Shown one piece after another: positions 44,861 to 54,276 of a stretch of DNA of 64,000 bases. Under the pieces are notes generated by a model. The model saw only the letters and a list, made by a program, of their open reading frames with translations. It did no database searches and had not been told where the DNA came from. Source of the DNA: Escherichia phage vB_EcoM_Skers; sequence record MW748999.1; one strand, given 5' to 3'. Positions within the stretch are counted from its first letter, which is position 1. The number at the start of each line of letters is the position of its first letter. The translations under genes were made by a program, and so were the position numbers.

Positions 44861-46351
44861 ATGGCAGATTTGAAACATGGATCTACTGTAGGCGGATCTC
44901 CCATTTGGACGCAAGGAAACTTGACGATCCAGCCAGCGGGTGATCAGCTTTTCTACAAAGGTCATAAAATCTATACCGCTTTTGATAAACCTTCGGCTGC
45001 CGATTTTGATGCTGTTAGTGCATCCGAAGGTGGTACATTTCAGAAACTGGTCCATTTTGAGGAAGGTTTAAGCGTAGGTAGCGCATCCGGTGGAGAAACC
45101 AAAAAGAACGGGATCTTTAAAGGAAATAGTGATGCGGCTAACTTTGATGGTGTAAGTTGGGGTTTGCATTCGTGGAAATCTATTGGTTTTGTTAATGCTC
45201 GTGATGATGTTATCATGGCTTATATTGACACTACCACAGGTGATTTTAAAACTAAAGGGACTATCGAAGGGACAACCATTAAAGACACAGGTCAACGCGT
45301 CTATAGCCCTGTTAATAAACCAACGAATAATGATTTAGATTTGGTGTCTCGTCGCGGTGATACCCTCACAGGAACATATAATTTAAACACTGTCACTGTT
45401 AAACTATCGGTTGATTCTAAATTAATTGCAAGGGAACGTGATTTAATTAATTTTGATGCGACTAAGATCTATTATGGTAACGTTCTTGATACGTTGGTCT
45501 TCCGAAGTAAAGATGAGCCTACCATTTTTGTTAATGGCAGAGAAGGTCGTTTTTATCACACCAACAATAAACCAACTAAAGCCGATGTTGGGCTAGGCAA
45601 TGTCACCAATGATGCACAGGTTAAACGTGCTGGTGATATTATGGAAGGTAACTTGCAAGCGCCTAGAATGTTGGCGACAAACGATCCTGCTGGTCCTAAT
45701 GAATTGGTTCGTTTGAGCTACTTTGAGAGAAAATCAATGGTAGCAAATCCAACCATCATTGGAAACGTTGATTGGAACACTCTTATTAATCGCGGTATCT
45801 ATCGTGTGGAAAATGCTGGGTCAGGTACTAATAAACCGTCTGATAGCTATTATAACGGCGTTTTGATGGTATATCGCCCAGAAGATGCGGTCGGTACTCG
45901 TCGAATTGTTCAGGTGTATTATCCTGAATCTATTGACCATCCGATGTGCTGGCGTTCGTGTTCTAATGAATCATGGACTGCATGGAACTATGTAGATCAC
46001 CGTAAATTGGCTGATATTCGCTATGTTAACGTCACTGGCGATACCATGACAGGACCGTTAACTGTTCCGGCTGCAAACGGTGTTCATACCGCAGAAGCTA
46101 ACTATAATGGTGATAATTGCTACGCTGGACTTAATAGCTTAAATGGTACAGCAATGATTTATCGTGTTAGCGATATTAAAGCGCACGAGAAACTAGGAAT
46201 CACACATGATTCTAAAATTATTTTCGTTAAATCTCGTGACAATACTCAGGACACCGATACCTTTGAATTATACCACGAAGGACATAAACCAACTCCTGAT
46301 GAGGTTGGCGCGGTTCCGCTCAATGCGGTAATTGATTTTGGTACTTTCTAA
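44861..46351 (+). CDS. 36: Long tail fibre distal connector gp36 (enlarged)
   Basis: N-terminus MADLKHGSTVGGSPIWTQGN...PAGD...YKGHKIY matches recalled T4 gp36; 496 aa versus 221 aa in T4. Confidence 0.8.
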   Translation: MADLKHGSTVGGSPIWTQGNLTIQPAGDQLFYKGHKIYTAFDKPSAADFDAVSASEGGTFQKLVHFEEGLSVGSASGGETKKNGIFKGNSDAANFDGVSWGLHSWKSIGFVNARDDVIMAYIDTTTGDFKTKGTIEGTTIKDTGQRVYSPVNKPTNNDLDLVSRRGDTLTGTYNLNTVTVKLSVDSKLIARERDLINFDATKIYYGNVLDTLVFRSKDEPTIFVNGREGRFYHTNNKPTKADVGLGNVTNDAQVKRAGDIMEGNLQAPRMLATNDPAGPNELVRLSYFERKSMVANPTIIGNVDWNTLINRGIYRVENAGSGTNKPSDSYYNGVLMVYRPEDAVGTRRIVQVYYPESIDHPMCWRSCSNESWTAWNYVDHRKLADIRYVNVTGDTMTGPLTVPAANGVHTAEANYNGDNCYAGLNSLNGTAMIYRVSDIKAHEKLGITHDSKIIFVKSRDNTQDTDTFELYHEGHKPTPDEVGAVPLNAVIDFGTF

Positions 46352-46356
46352 TATTA

Positions 46357-46378
46357 GCGGGGATTTCCCCCGCTTTTC
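46357..46378 (+). terminator. Hairpin terminator/attenuator after gene 36
   Basis: AGCGGGGatttcCCCCGCT followed by TTTT. Confidence 0.6.
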
Positions 46379-46419
46379 TAAATAATATTATTCTAATAAC
46401 CGTTTAAGGATTTTATAAA

Positions 46420-49400
46420 ATGGCAGATTTAAACAGAATCCAGTTTAAACGCACTAGCGCAGCCGGACGTAAACCGGATGCTGGTACGATGAATCCGGGA
46501 GAGTTGGCAATTAACTTAGCAGACCAATATCTGCTTACAAAAAATGATGGTGGGCAAATTGTTAATTTAAGTTGCCCGCCAGTTTATGACAAGAGCGTAG
46601 ATCGGAAGAGCACACCGTCTGAACTCCAGTCACCGGCTATGATCTCGTTGACCGCCGTGGTCTACACGGCCCTGAACACTCTTTCCTACACGACGCTCTT
46701 CCGATCTGCAGATTTAAACAGAATCCAGTTTAAACGCACTAGCGCAGCCGGACGTAAACCGGATGCTGGTACGATGAATCCGGGAGAGTTGGCAATTAAC
46801 TTAGCAGACCAATATCTGCTTACAAAAAATGATGGTGGGCAAATTGTTAATTTAAGTTGCCCGCCAGTTTATGACAAGAGCGTTAATGTAAAAGGTCGTG
46901 TGGTTGCAGATGACCTTATGTGGAGTAATACCGCAAACTATTTCGATGACCCAACCGCACGGAATCTTGATAAATTCGGTGCATTTCGTACTAATGATAT
47001 GGATGGTCATCTAGCATTGGCTTTGCATATTCCTCATCCTAGCGGTATAAACCATGCTCGTGGGTTGGATTTTACTTATGGTTCTAACGTTGTTCCTACT
47101 GTAAAAACCTATGGTTATAACGCTGATGGTGCATTGGCATATTCATATCGCATGTATCACGAAGGTGATAAGCCTAGTCCGTCAGAATTAAATGTATACA
47201 GCAAACAAGAAGTAGATCGGATGTTCCAGAAGACCATCAACTTTGGTGTAGAAACTGGATGGTTTAAAATTGCTACAGCATTTATTCCGCAAAATGATGG
47301 ACGTAGCTTGAAAATTAGATTGGTTGGTGGAAATGGGTGGAACGTAGGCCAAACGGGACAATGTAATATTATTGAACTTGTTATAAGGACTAGCAACGGT
47401 TCCCCTAAAGGAATTAACTTTGTTGCATATCATCATGTTTCTGGTTACGAAAATCAATTTTGTGCCATTAATACAGGTGATGACACTTATGATATCTATG
47501 CATATTACTACGAATTTACTAATATGGTATTGGCTGAATATCAAGCGTCCAGCGATGTTAATTTAACTGTATTTGATCGACCTGAATATGTAGGCGAAAA
47601 ACCTGTAGCTGATCATATCTATGATGCATATACAATACGCTCCTTTAACAGTTTCAGTAACCGTGGAACATTAAATTTTGCTGGCAACCATCAAGGCCAA
47701 TATGACATTGAGCATATGAACGAACAACCGACAAATGCTAAAAAGATGTTGCGTCGGTTTCGAAGCTCTGCCAGCGCGACAATCTGGCATGAAACCGTTG
47801 ATGACCAGAATTATCGTCTTGCCGCTGGAAGTACAGACTCAAGTCAACAATTATTGTTGTCTACTGGGACTGGTTTGCATATTCGTAGATTGACCATCGA
47901 TGGTGGCTTAGGTTCCGGTTCTAATGCTGGTATTGATATTCGTCGAGGACCAAACGAATCAAGCCATTTTAATTTTATGGATTATCGCACTGGTCAAGAT
48001 GTTCGTAATGGTTGGTTTGGTTTTGGTGATTTGACGACCAAAGATTTTATTTGGTGGAACGATAACGGTCAAAACTCGATAAACTTGATCGAAAACGGTG
48101 AATTACATATTACTGGTGGTAAAGGCCAGAAAATTGTAATGAATAGCGAAGTTGCATTATCTGAAAATGCTCGTTTGGCTGTTAAAGGTGGTAATTATGG
48201 TTTGTTGTTCCGTAATGATGGTGTTAGTTTCCATATACTGACTACTAATTTAAAGGATTCTTTTGGAAATTGGAATAATCGTAGACCATTTAGTTATGAT
48301 TTTGCCGAAGGTGGATTGGATCTAGGTGGTACTGAAACTGCTCGTTGTTTGCATCTGGGGATCGATGGTAGTACCCGCATCGAAGATAACTTAGTTTTCC
48401 GATCTGGGTCGCGTCAATCAATGGACTATATTGAAATGATCCATTGGGGTAACAGTAATACAGGACGCAACAACGTTTTGAGTATGAAAGACTCGAAAGG
48501 ATTCTTGGCTGAATTTGAGCGCACCGGAACCAATAGCATTAAAACTAGATTCTTTGGTGAAACATTCACTGATGGTACATTATACCTAAATCAGATGAAT
48601 AATAGCTCTGAACGATTCTCTATCAATAATTGGGGAAATTCAGAAGTTGGTCGCGCGGCAGTCTTAGAAGTTGGTGATTCTAAAGGTTATCACTTTTATG
48701 CTGAACGCAGGACTGATAATAGTTCTTTGTTCTCTGTTGGTGGTGCTTTGTTTGTGCAGGGACCTTCCGGGATTATTATCAAAAACTCTGCTGGTGCTCG
48801 CCATGTTTGGTTTAAAGATGACGGTGATAATGAAAAGGCTGTTATTTGGGCGACCGATGAAGGTATATTACATCTACGAAATAATCATGATGGTGCATTT
48901 AGTCATCACTTCCAGGGCGCAATGATTAAACTGCAAGGGCGTGTTCCTTATGATGCAGCAAAGGGAATTGTTCGTGGTGAAGTTTCTGGTGGTGCATATG
49001 TTGCATGGAGAGACCGCCCTGCTGGTTTGTTAGTTGACTGCCAGCAAAGTGTTGATAGTGCTCATGCTGTTTGGAAAGCGGTTGATTGGGGGCGTCAATA
49101 TATCGCTGCTATGGACGTTCACTGTCCTGGTGATGGTAATAATACCGCAGCCGCTGTTCTTCATGTTCAGGCTGCTGATTATCAATTCCATGCAAGCGGA
49201 GAATTTCATGCCAGTGGCAACGGAAACTTTAACGATGTGTATATTCGTTCTGACCGTCGCCTTAAAGACAATATAGAAGATTATACTGGAAATGCGTTAA
49301 GTTTGATTGGTAAACTGAAAGTGAAAACTTACGATAAAGTTAAATCTCTTAAGGACCGTGAAATTATCGGTCACGAGATCGGCATTATCGCACAGGATTT

Positions 49401-49602
49401 ACAAGAAATATTACCGGAAGCTGTAAAATCTTCAAAAATTGGCAATCTTGATAATCCAGATGAAATTCTGACAATTTCTAACTCTGCCGTGAATGCTCTT
49501 TTAATTAAGGCTATTCAGGAAATGAGTGAAGAAATTAAAGAATTGAAAACACCTCTCTTTACTAAAATTGCTCGCAAAATTAGTAAATATTTTAAATTCT
49601 AA
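46420..49602 (+). CDS. 37: Long tail fibre distal subunit gp37 with C-terminal intramolecular chaperone domain; reading frame includes a 285-bp probable assembly artefact
   Basis: N-terminus MADLNRIQFKRTSAAGRKP...GELAINL matches gp37; C-terminal SDRRLKDNIEDY chaperone-type motif; codons 60-154 derive from adapter plus duplication. Confidence 0.85.
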   Translation: MADLNRIQFKRTSAAGRKPDAGTMNPGELAINLADQYLLTKNDGGQIVNLSCPPVYDKSVDRKSTPSELQSPAMISLTAVVYTALNTLSYTTLFRSADLNRIQFKRTSAAGRKPDAGTMNPGELAINLADQYLLTKNDGGQIVNLSCPPVYDKSVNVKGRVVADDLMWSNTANYFDDPTARNLDKFGAFRTNDMDGHLALALHIPHPSGINHARGLDFTYGSNVVPTVKTYGYNADGALAYSYRMYHEGDKPSPSELNVYSKQEVDRMFQKTINFGVETGWFKIATAFIPQNDGRSLKIRLVGGNGWNVGQTGQCNIIELVIRTSNGSPKGINFVAYHHVSGYENQFCAINTGDDTYDIYAYYYEFTNMVLAEYQASSDVNLTVFDRPEYVGEKPVADHIYDAYTIRSFNSFSNRGTLNFAGNHQGQYDIEHMNEQPTNAKKMLRRFRSSASATIWHETVDDQNYRLAAGSTDSSQQLLLSTGTGLHIRRLTIDGGLGSGSNAGIDIRRGPNESSHFNFMDYRTGQDVRNGWFGFGDLTTKDFIWWNDNGQNSINLIENGELHITGGKGQKIVMNSEVALSENARLAVKGGNYGLLFRNDGVSFHILTTNLKDSFGNWNNRRPFSYDFAEGGLDLGGTETARCLHLGIDGSTRIEDNLVFRSGSRQSMDYIEMIHWGNSNTGRNNVLSMKDSKGFLAEFERTGTNSIKTRFFGETFTDGTLYLNQMNNSSERFSINNWGNSEVGRAAVLEVGDSKGYHFYAERRTDNSSLFSVGGALFVQGPSGIIIKNSAGARHVWFKDDGDNEKAVIWATDEGILHLRNNHDGAFSHHFQGAMIKLQGRVPYDAAKGIVRGEVSGGAYVAWRDRPAGLLVDCQQSVDSAHAVWKAVDWGRQYIAAMDVHCPGDGNNTAAAVLHVQAADYQFHASGEFHASGNGNFNDVYIRSDRRLKDNIEDYTGNALSLIGKLKVKTYDKVKSLKDREIIGHEIGIIAQDLQEILPEAVKSSKIGNLDNPDEILTISNSAVNALLIKAIQEMSEEIKELKTPLFTKIARKISKYFKF
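46423..46598 (+). repeat. Direct repeat copy 1 (176 bp) flanking adapter-derived insert
   Basis: Identical to 46708..46883. Confidence 0.9.
46599..46707. other. Illumina adapter-derived sequence (sequencing/assembly artefact)
   Basis: Contains AGATCGGAAGAGCACAC(C)GTCTGAACTCCAGTCAC and ACACTCTTTCC(-)TACACGACGCTCTTCCGATCT, near-exact TruSeq adapter sequences. Confidence 0.9.
46708..46883 (+). repeat. Direct repeat copy 2 (176 bp)
   Basis: Identical to 46423..46598; offset 285 bp keeps gp37 frame. Confidence 0.9.
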
Positions 49603-49606
49603 CAAC

Positions 49607-49626
49607 AAGGGGGCGTTGCCCCCTTT
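49607..49626 (+). terminator. Hairpin (weak terminator/attenuator) between genes 37 and 38
   Basis: AAGGGGGcgttgCCCCCTT followed by a short T-run. Confidence 0.4.
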
Positions 49627-49638
49627 GGAGTATAAATT

Positions 49639-50418
49639 ATGGCAGTAGTTGGTGTTCCTGGTTGGATTGGAAGTTCAGCCGCAAATGAAACAGGACAACG
49701 TTGGATGAGTCAAGCGGCTGGACAATTAAGATTGGGTGTTCCCTGCTGGATGAGTCAATTTGCAGGTCGCTCGCGAGAAATTATTCATACTGTAGGAGCA
49801 AACCACAATTTTAATGGCCAGTGGTTCCGTGATAGATGCTTTGAAGCTGGCGGTGCACCTATTGTATTCAATATTGTCGGTGATATCGTTTCTTATTCTA
49901 AAGATGTACCACTTTTCTTTATGTATGGAGATACACCTAATGAATATGTGGTTCTTAATATTCATGGCGGAGTTCATATGTGGGGACGAGGTGGTAACGG
50001 TACTGTAAACGGAAACCCGGGCACAAATGGCGGCGATGTAATCCAAAATGATATCGGCGGAAGACTTCGTATTTGGAACTATGGCGTTATTGCATCAGGC
50101 GGCGGCGGTGGTGGTGCAGTGTCATTACAGAATAGCTGGGCGCCAAATGCTACAGCAGGTGGCGGTGGTGGTAGACCATTTGGCATCGGCGGAGGCGGCG
50201 TTAATTGGCCGGGTGGTAATGCTAGTTATGACGCACCGGGCGGAGCCGGTTACACTTCCCAATTCGGCGGAGGCAATGGCGGTGATGCTGGAGGTTGGGG
50301 TGGAGATGGATGGGGTAATCACTTATCTAGATCCGGCGGTGGTGCTCCAGGTAGAGCGGTATTCGGTTCTTCACCATCATGGGGTGCTGTAGGGACAATT
50401 TATGGATCTTACATTTAA
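49639..50418 (+). CDS. 38: Tail fibre adhesin gp38 (T2-type, glycine-rich motifs)
   Basis: N-terminus [28 protein letters not shown] matches T2-type gp38 as recalled; C-terminal half has multiple poly-Gly runs (GGGGGG) separating short variable segments. Confidence 0.85.
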   Translation: MAVVGVPGWIGSSAANETGQRWMSQAAGQLRLGVPCWMSQFAGRSREIIHTVGANHNFNGQWFRDRCFEAGGAPIVFNIVGDIVSYSKDVPLFFMYGDTPNEYVVLNIHGGVHMWGRGGNGTVNGNPGTNGGDVIQNDIGGRLRIWNYGVIASGGGGGGAVSLQNSWAPNATAGGGGGRPFGIGGGGVNWPGGNASYDAPGGAGYTSQFGGGNGGDAGGWGGDGWGNHLSRSGGGAPGRAVFGSSPSWGAVGTIYGSYI

Positions 50419-50478
50419 CCGTTAAAAAAGAATTAAGGAAAACTCCCACGGAAGGGAACTTACTAAGGAGAAACGGCT

Positions 50479-50718
50479 ATGGTCTATAATATCGTCATTG
50501 GTGCTTTGTCTAATTTCGGAATGAAACTATTATCAAAGTTAATTAGTGAAAAGATGCTCACTAAAATTTTCTTCTACTGCGCTCGTCGTCTTGCGGCTTA
50601 TACCAATACGCCAATTGATGATCGTTTTGTGGAAGAACTTTATAAGGAGTTTAATAAAGATCAGTCAGAAGATAGTAACGAGCAAGATAAACCTAGTGAT
50701 AGTCAAGTACCTAAATAA
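50479..50718 (+). CDS. Hypothetical protein (79 aa), hydrophobic N-terminus
   Basis: ORF between gene 38 and t with SD AAGGAG. Confidence 0.5.
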   Translation: MVYNIVIGALSNFGMKLLSKLISEKMLTKIFFYCARRLAAYTNTPIDDRFVEELYKEFNKDQSEDSNEQDKPSDSQVPK

Positions 50719-50751
50719 GAGTACACTGTCATAGTTATTTTAGGGCATTAT

Positions 50752-51408
50752 ATGCAAGTTTCTGAAAAAGAGAAAGACTTTGCTATCTCAAATGTCCTGC
50801 GCGCTATTTTCACAACTAAAAGCACGGAGTTGCTCGTACTTCGTGTTTTTGCTGCCGTCGTGTTGTCCATATTAGCATTTGTCGTTTATAGTAAAAACGA
50901 GTTATTTGCCTTGTATAAAGAGACTCGTTATGAGACTTATGCTCACGTTCTCCAGGTAGAGAAAGACCGCAATTTTGATAATGCAGCACAGGAGCAGTTA
51001 CAGATAGTTCATGTGTCGGCTGATGCCGATTTTTCTGCTGTTTTTAGTTTTCGTCCGAAAAACCTAAACTATTTTGTTGATTTGGTGGCATATGAAGGAA
51101 AGCTACCACATACAATCGATGAAAAGAATTTAGGCGGATTCCCTATCAATAAAACGAGTGAAGAATATCGTAGGCATCTTTTAGGTAAATCATATTTTAC
51201 CGATAAAGATTTCCAGTATATTCCATCGAGGGAGAAAAAATTAGAGAATATCGATATAGGGTTTATGTATTCTTGTCCTATATTCAATCTCGATAATGTC
51301 TATTCTGGTAGTATTGCCATTGCATGGAAGAATAAACCAGATATTGACATTGAGAATTTAGATACTCTTTGTAATCAATCTGCCAGAATCCTCGGAAGGA
51401 TTAGATAA
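50752..51408 (+). CDS. t: Holin
   Basis: 218 aa, same as T4 T; LEQLQIVHVSADADFSAVFSFRPKNLNYFVDLVAYEGKLP and CNQSARILGR match recalled T4 holin. Confidence 0.92.
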   Translation: MQVSEKEKDFAISNVLRAIFTTKSTELLVLRVFAAVVLSILAFVVYSKNELFALYKETRYETYAHVLQVEKDRNFDNAAQEQLQIVHVSADADFSAVFSFRPKNLNYFVDLVAYEGKLPHTIDEKNLGGFPINKTSEEYRRHLLGKSYFTDKDFQYIPSREKKLENIDIGFMYSCPIFNLDNVYSGSIAIAWKNKPDIDIENLDTLCNQSARILGRIR

Positions 51409-51412
51409 AATT

Positions 51413-51448
51413 AAAGGGGAAGCCTTTCGGCTTCCCCTTCTTTTTTTA
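51413..51448. terminator. Bidirectional intrinsic terminator between convergent genes
   Basis: GGGGAAGCCtttcGGCTTCCCC flanked by A-run and T-run. Confidence 0.75.
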
Positions 51449-51694
51449 TTGACGCATAGACGCGCCTGAATCGCATTTTGACGCTGTGTGATGAAAACAG
51501 GTAGCGTACCAGTCATCGGCTTGTTTGTCTTCGTCAGAAAACGCGTAATTTCGTTGTACGCCGTTTTCTACTTTGACCAGTGCAATAGCTGTTTCTGGAA
51601 GATCAATCAATCGGACAAAATCGCCATCTTCCCATTCTACACGAGCAATATCATAGCCCATCTCAAAGTATACAATCGCTTGTTCTAATTTCAT
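51446..51694 (-). CDS. Hypothetical protein (82 aa)
   Basis: ORF; overlap-coupled to upstream gene. Confidence 0.5.
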   Translation of the reverse strand: MKLEQAIVYFEMGYDIARVEWEDGDFVRLIDLPETAIALVKVENGVQRNYAFSDEDKQADDWYATCFHHTASKCDSGASMRQ

Positions 51695-52023
51695 TCTGGA
51701 AACTTCCCGTAAATGTTCTCTGCCAACATACGCGCATCGCTAATGATATCTTTCATGCTATGACCGTAGTGTTCAGCCATTGAGTTGACACAATCAACAA
51801 AGAAATTATAACGGCGACGGTTTAAGATTTCTTCTCTGTTATAGTTTTCATATTTGACGGTCGAGTGTGCTTTCTCGATTGCCTTGATCGCTATATTGAC
51901 TTCATTGATAATGGTTTTAGCATTGTATGCGCCACGACGGATCAGGATATTTGTCAATTCTCTTGCAATATCTTGCAATTCTTCATATTCATGTTCAAAC
52001 ATAATCAACCTCTCAAAATACAA
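51691..52023 (-). CDS. Hypothetical protein (110 aa)
   Basis: ORF with SD GAGGTTGA. Confidence 0.5.
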   Translation of the reverse strand: MYFERLIMFEHEYEELQDIARELTNILIRRGAYNAKTIINEVNIAIKAIEKAHSTVKYENYNREEILNRRRYNFFVDCVNSMAEHYGHSMKDIISDARMLAENIYGKFPE

Positions 52024-52026
52024 TCC

Positions 52027-52359
52027 TTACAGATGAAAACCTGTTACAATTACCGCATCGATCGTACCGCTAGGAATAAACGGTTCACCCTCTTTTATTT
52101 CAACTTTGAATTGATGCCATTTCGCTAATACTTCTTCCGGTACACCCAGCGATTCGGCGTCTGCTTTAGTTTCATCCATAATCCAACTAGGCTGCATGAG
52201 AGCATAGTTTACATAGTCCATTTCTGGGGTCATGTCATCAATGTTAATATATTTGCAGTTGACGCGTTTCAGAATTTCAAATTCTTTATTATCAACCTGT
52301 ACCATGTATAATTCAGTAGTTTCTGGAATCAGTTCCCACACAATCAGTACATTTTTCAT
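52027..52359 (-). CDS. Hypothetical protein (110 aa)
   Basis: ORF with SD-like upstream. Confidence 0.5.
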   Translation of the reverse strand: MKNVLIVWELIPETTELYMVQVDNKEFEILKRVNCKYINIDDMTPEMDYVNYALMQPSWIMDETKADAESLGVPEEVLAKWHQFKVEIKEGEPFIPSGTIDAVIVTGFHL

Positions 52360-52367
52360 AGTTCACC

Positions 52368-52736
52368 TCACTTAACAAAGATTTTCTTTAATGCTTTCAG
52401 GATCGTTGCTTCCGGTGCTTCTTCCGGTGGAGGAAGCAATTCTACCACTTCCTCTTCCAACTCGATATAGTCTACCAGATATTCTACATAGAATGCAAGT
52501 GCTTCCATGAAATTAGATGCTACATCCGATTCACCACAAGCGCCTACATGCATTGTATAAACATCACTGCGATCAAGTTTGTGGATGCTTCCCAGATAGT
52601 TCCGGTTATACCAGACTTCCCACACTTTCAGCTTTCCGGTTTTGGTTGATGTTTTATAATCGGTTTCGTAATGATGCAATTGACGTTGCAAATCATTGAT
52701 AATAACACATTTTTCGTAATTGTTTTGAATTTCCAT
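52368..52736 (-). CDS. Hypothetical protein (122 aa)
   Basis: ORF with SD GAGGA. Confidence 0.5.
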   Translation of the reverse strand: MEIQNNYEKCVIINDLQRQLHHYETDYKTSTKTGKLKVWEVWYNRNYLGSIHKLDRSDVYTMHVGACGESDVASNFMEALAFYVEYLVDYIELEEEVVELLPPPEEAPEATILKALKKIFVK

Positions 52737-52746
52737 GATGTAATCC

Positions 52747-52938
52747 TCACTTATCGTTAAGAAGTTCTAAAACTTTCTGTCGTACTTTGTCAATATTAGT
52801 TGATTCAAAAACTGTACGGTATCCCCAGCTTTGACCGTATGAGCGGTTGCAATCTCCATATCCCCATTGTTCAACCTGATAGTATTCAAGGAATGGATGC
52901 TGCCGAACTATGATACCATCGCGATTAAAAATTACCAT
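52747..52938 (-). CDS. Hypothetical protein (63 aa)
   Basis: ORF with SD GAGGA; truncated -35-like CGTCAACA motif immediately upstream. Confidence 0.5.
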   Translation of the reverse strand: MVIFNRDGIIVRQHPFLEYYQVEQWGYGDCNRSYGQSWGYRTVFESTNIDKVRQKVLELLNDK

Positions 52939-52961
52939 AATATAATCCTCACGTCAACAAC

Positions 52962-53249
52962 TTATTTTCGGTTGTGGTCACGATATGTTTTAAAATATCC
53001 CTCGTACCACGGTAAAACATCTGGATTTTTACCACTATACAGACCTTTAACCATCATGTCAATAAGACCGTCCGGTGTTTGATAATTACCAGCTTTTATA
53101 AGCTCTCTGATTAAAATTTCCCTGTATATGTCTTTCGGATCTTCGTAATCAACTTGTATCGTTGTTGTGGTCTCATTCAATTTGGTTTCTGGAGTATCTT
53201 GCATCGCCTTCCACCAATCTTTTGTGATCTTCATGTTATTGAATTGCAT
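52962..53249 (-). CDS. Hypothetical protein (95 aa)
   Basis: ORF with SD GAGG. Confidence 0.5.
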   Translation of the reverse strand: MQFNNMKITKDWWKAMQDTPETKLNETTTTIQVDYEDPKDIYREILIRELIKAGNYQTPDGLIDMMVKGLYSGKNPDVLPWYEGYFKTYRDHNRK

Positions 53250-53260
53250 AATTTAACCTC

Positions 53261-54019
53261 TTACTTGCAAACGTATTGATCTACATCAATTGCGCCACCG
53301 AATGTAGGATGACGTTTTTCAAATCGAATAGTTCCGTCGTTTGGTTCGAAAACGGAGTATTCATATAGATCTTTCTTACCAACATTCTTATAAAACCCGC
53401 CTTTAGTCATAACGGTTTCTTGTACGTTTGCTTTGTGTACGTTGTATTCATCAATGTATACAAAATCAACCATCTTCCCATTTTTAATGGTTACTTTAAG
53501 ATCCCCTGGCTGGTTTCCATATTTTGCATACAGTGGAGCCTCTTTAATTTTGGTGGAAATTCCATCTTTCATACTCCACTCATAACGAACGGTGCATTGA
53601 TAGGTAAAAGTTTCGTCCTTCGGTTCTTCCACCACTTTTTCTTCCTGTTTCGGTTGTTCTTCGTCAACCTTTGCAGAAGTCTCTGAATCGCTTTCTGACG
53701 CGGTTTCTTCTTTAGGTAATACATTCATCAAGTTTTGGATTTGAGCGTTGTATACAGCCTCCAGTGGCTGAATCTGCCCGATATTGATCATTGTATCACG
53801 AACAGTTTTATTCCAGTTACGTTGTTCTTGTTTCAGAGATGGATCAATCTTAACAGCCTTAACATATACTTCATGAAGTTTCGAATCCAGTGCGGAAATT
53901 GACTCATTAGCACAAATAAACTTCTCTGATTTGGTAGTGGCTTTAGCGCAATCGAAGGACGCAGCATTAGCACCGAATGCAGTAGCAGAAAGAACGATAG
54001 CAGCGATAATGTTTTTCAT
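53261..54019 (-). CDS. Secreted protein with DUF1311 (LprI-like) N-terminal domain
   Basis: Signal peptide MKNIIAAIVLSATAFGANA; pattern C...T..E..IC...LD..L..Y...QR.W...RD. Confidence 0.55.
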   Translation of the reverse strand: MKNIIAAIVLSATAFGANAASFDCAKATTKSEKFICANESISALDSKLHEVYVKAVKIDPSLKQEQRNWNKTVRDTMINIGQIQPLEAVYNAQIQNLMNVLPKEETASESDSETSAKVDEEQPKQEEKVVEEPKDETFTYQCTVRYEWSMKDGISTKIKEAPLYAKYGNQPGDLKVTIKNGKMVDFVYIDEYNVHKANVQETVMTKGGFYKNVGKKDLYEYSVFEPNDGTIRFEKRHPTFGGAIDVDQYVCK

Positions 54020-54053
54020 AATATATTCCTCAGTGTTTTGTCTTGATGGGAGT

Positions 54054-54082
54054 ATATTACTACTCCCTTAATCCGGTGTCAA
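54054..54082 (-). promoter_or_regulatory. PeSL-type early promoter cassette
   Basis: TTGACA; palindrome GGGAGTA/TACTCCC; -10 TAATAT. Confidence 0.65.
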
Positions 54083-54089
54083 CTACTTT

Positions 54090-54245
54090 TTAAATTTCTT
54101 CTACAGTAAAGTCTTCAATGTTGTTGTGCTCGGAGAACGTTGCCAAACCAGCATCCCATGCATCATCCTCAGAGAAGAATACACCGTAACGTTCATATCC
54201 CTTAGCGCCTTCAAATTTAACCATTAATTTGTGAGTATGTTTCAT
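54090..54245 (-). CDS. Hypothetical small protein (51 aa)
   Basis: Start trimmed to ATG 54245 downstream of PeSL promoter. Confidence 0.45.
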   Translation of the reverse strand: MKHTHKLMVKFEGAKGYERYGVFFSEDDAWDAGLATFSEHNNIEDFTVEEI

Positions 54246-54276
54246 TTTGATTCTCCTTCGTTGTCTTGATGAGTTT

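Noticed and set aside
46377-46384. Late promoter for gene 37 (TCTAAATA)
   Set aside because: One mismatch to TATAAATA at a conserved position and it overlaps the gene 36 terminator T-run; not called. Gene 37 may be transcribed from the gene 36 promoter with read-through.
47157-47544. Minus-strand ORFs of 79 and 118 aa
   Set aside because: Antisense within gene 37.
50100-50350. Poly-glycine runs in gp38 as possible low-quality or slippage sequence
   Set aside because: Glycine-rich motifs separating variable loops are the recalled hallmark of T2-type gp38 adhesins and the frame is maintained throughout.
49726-50392. ORFs of 106, 114 and 65 aa on both strands
   Set aside because: Alternative frames of the GC-rich glycine-repeat region of gene 38; gp38 frame is supported by its conserved N-terminus.
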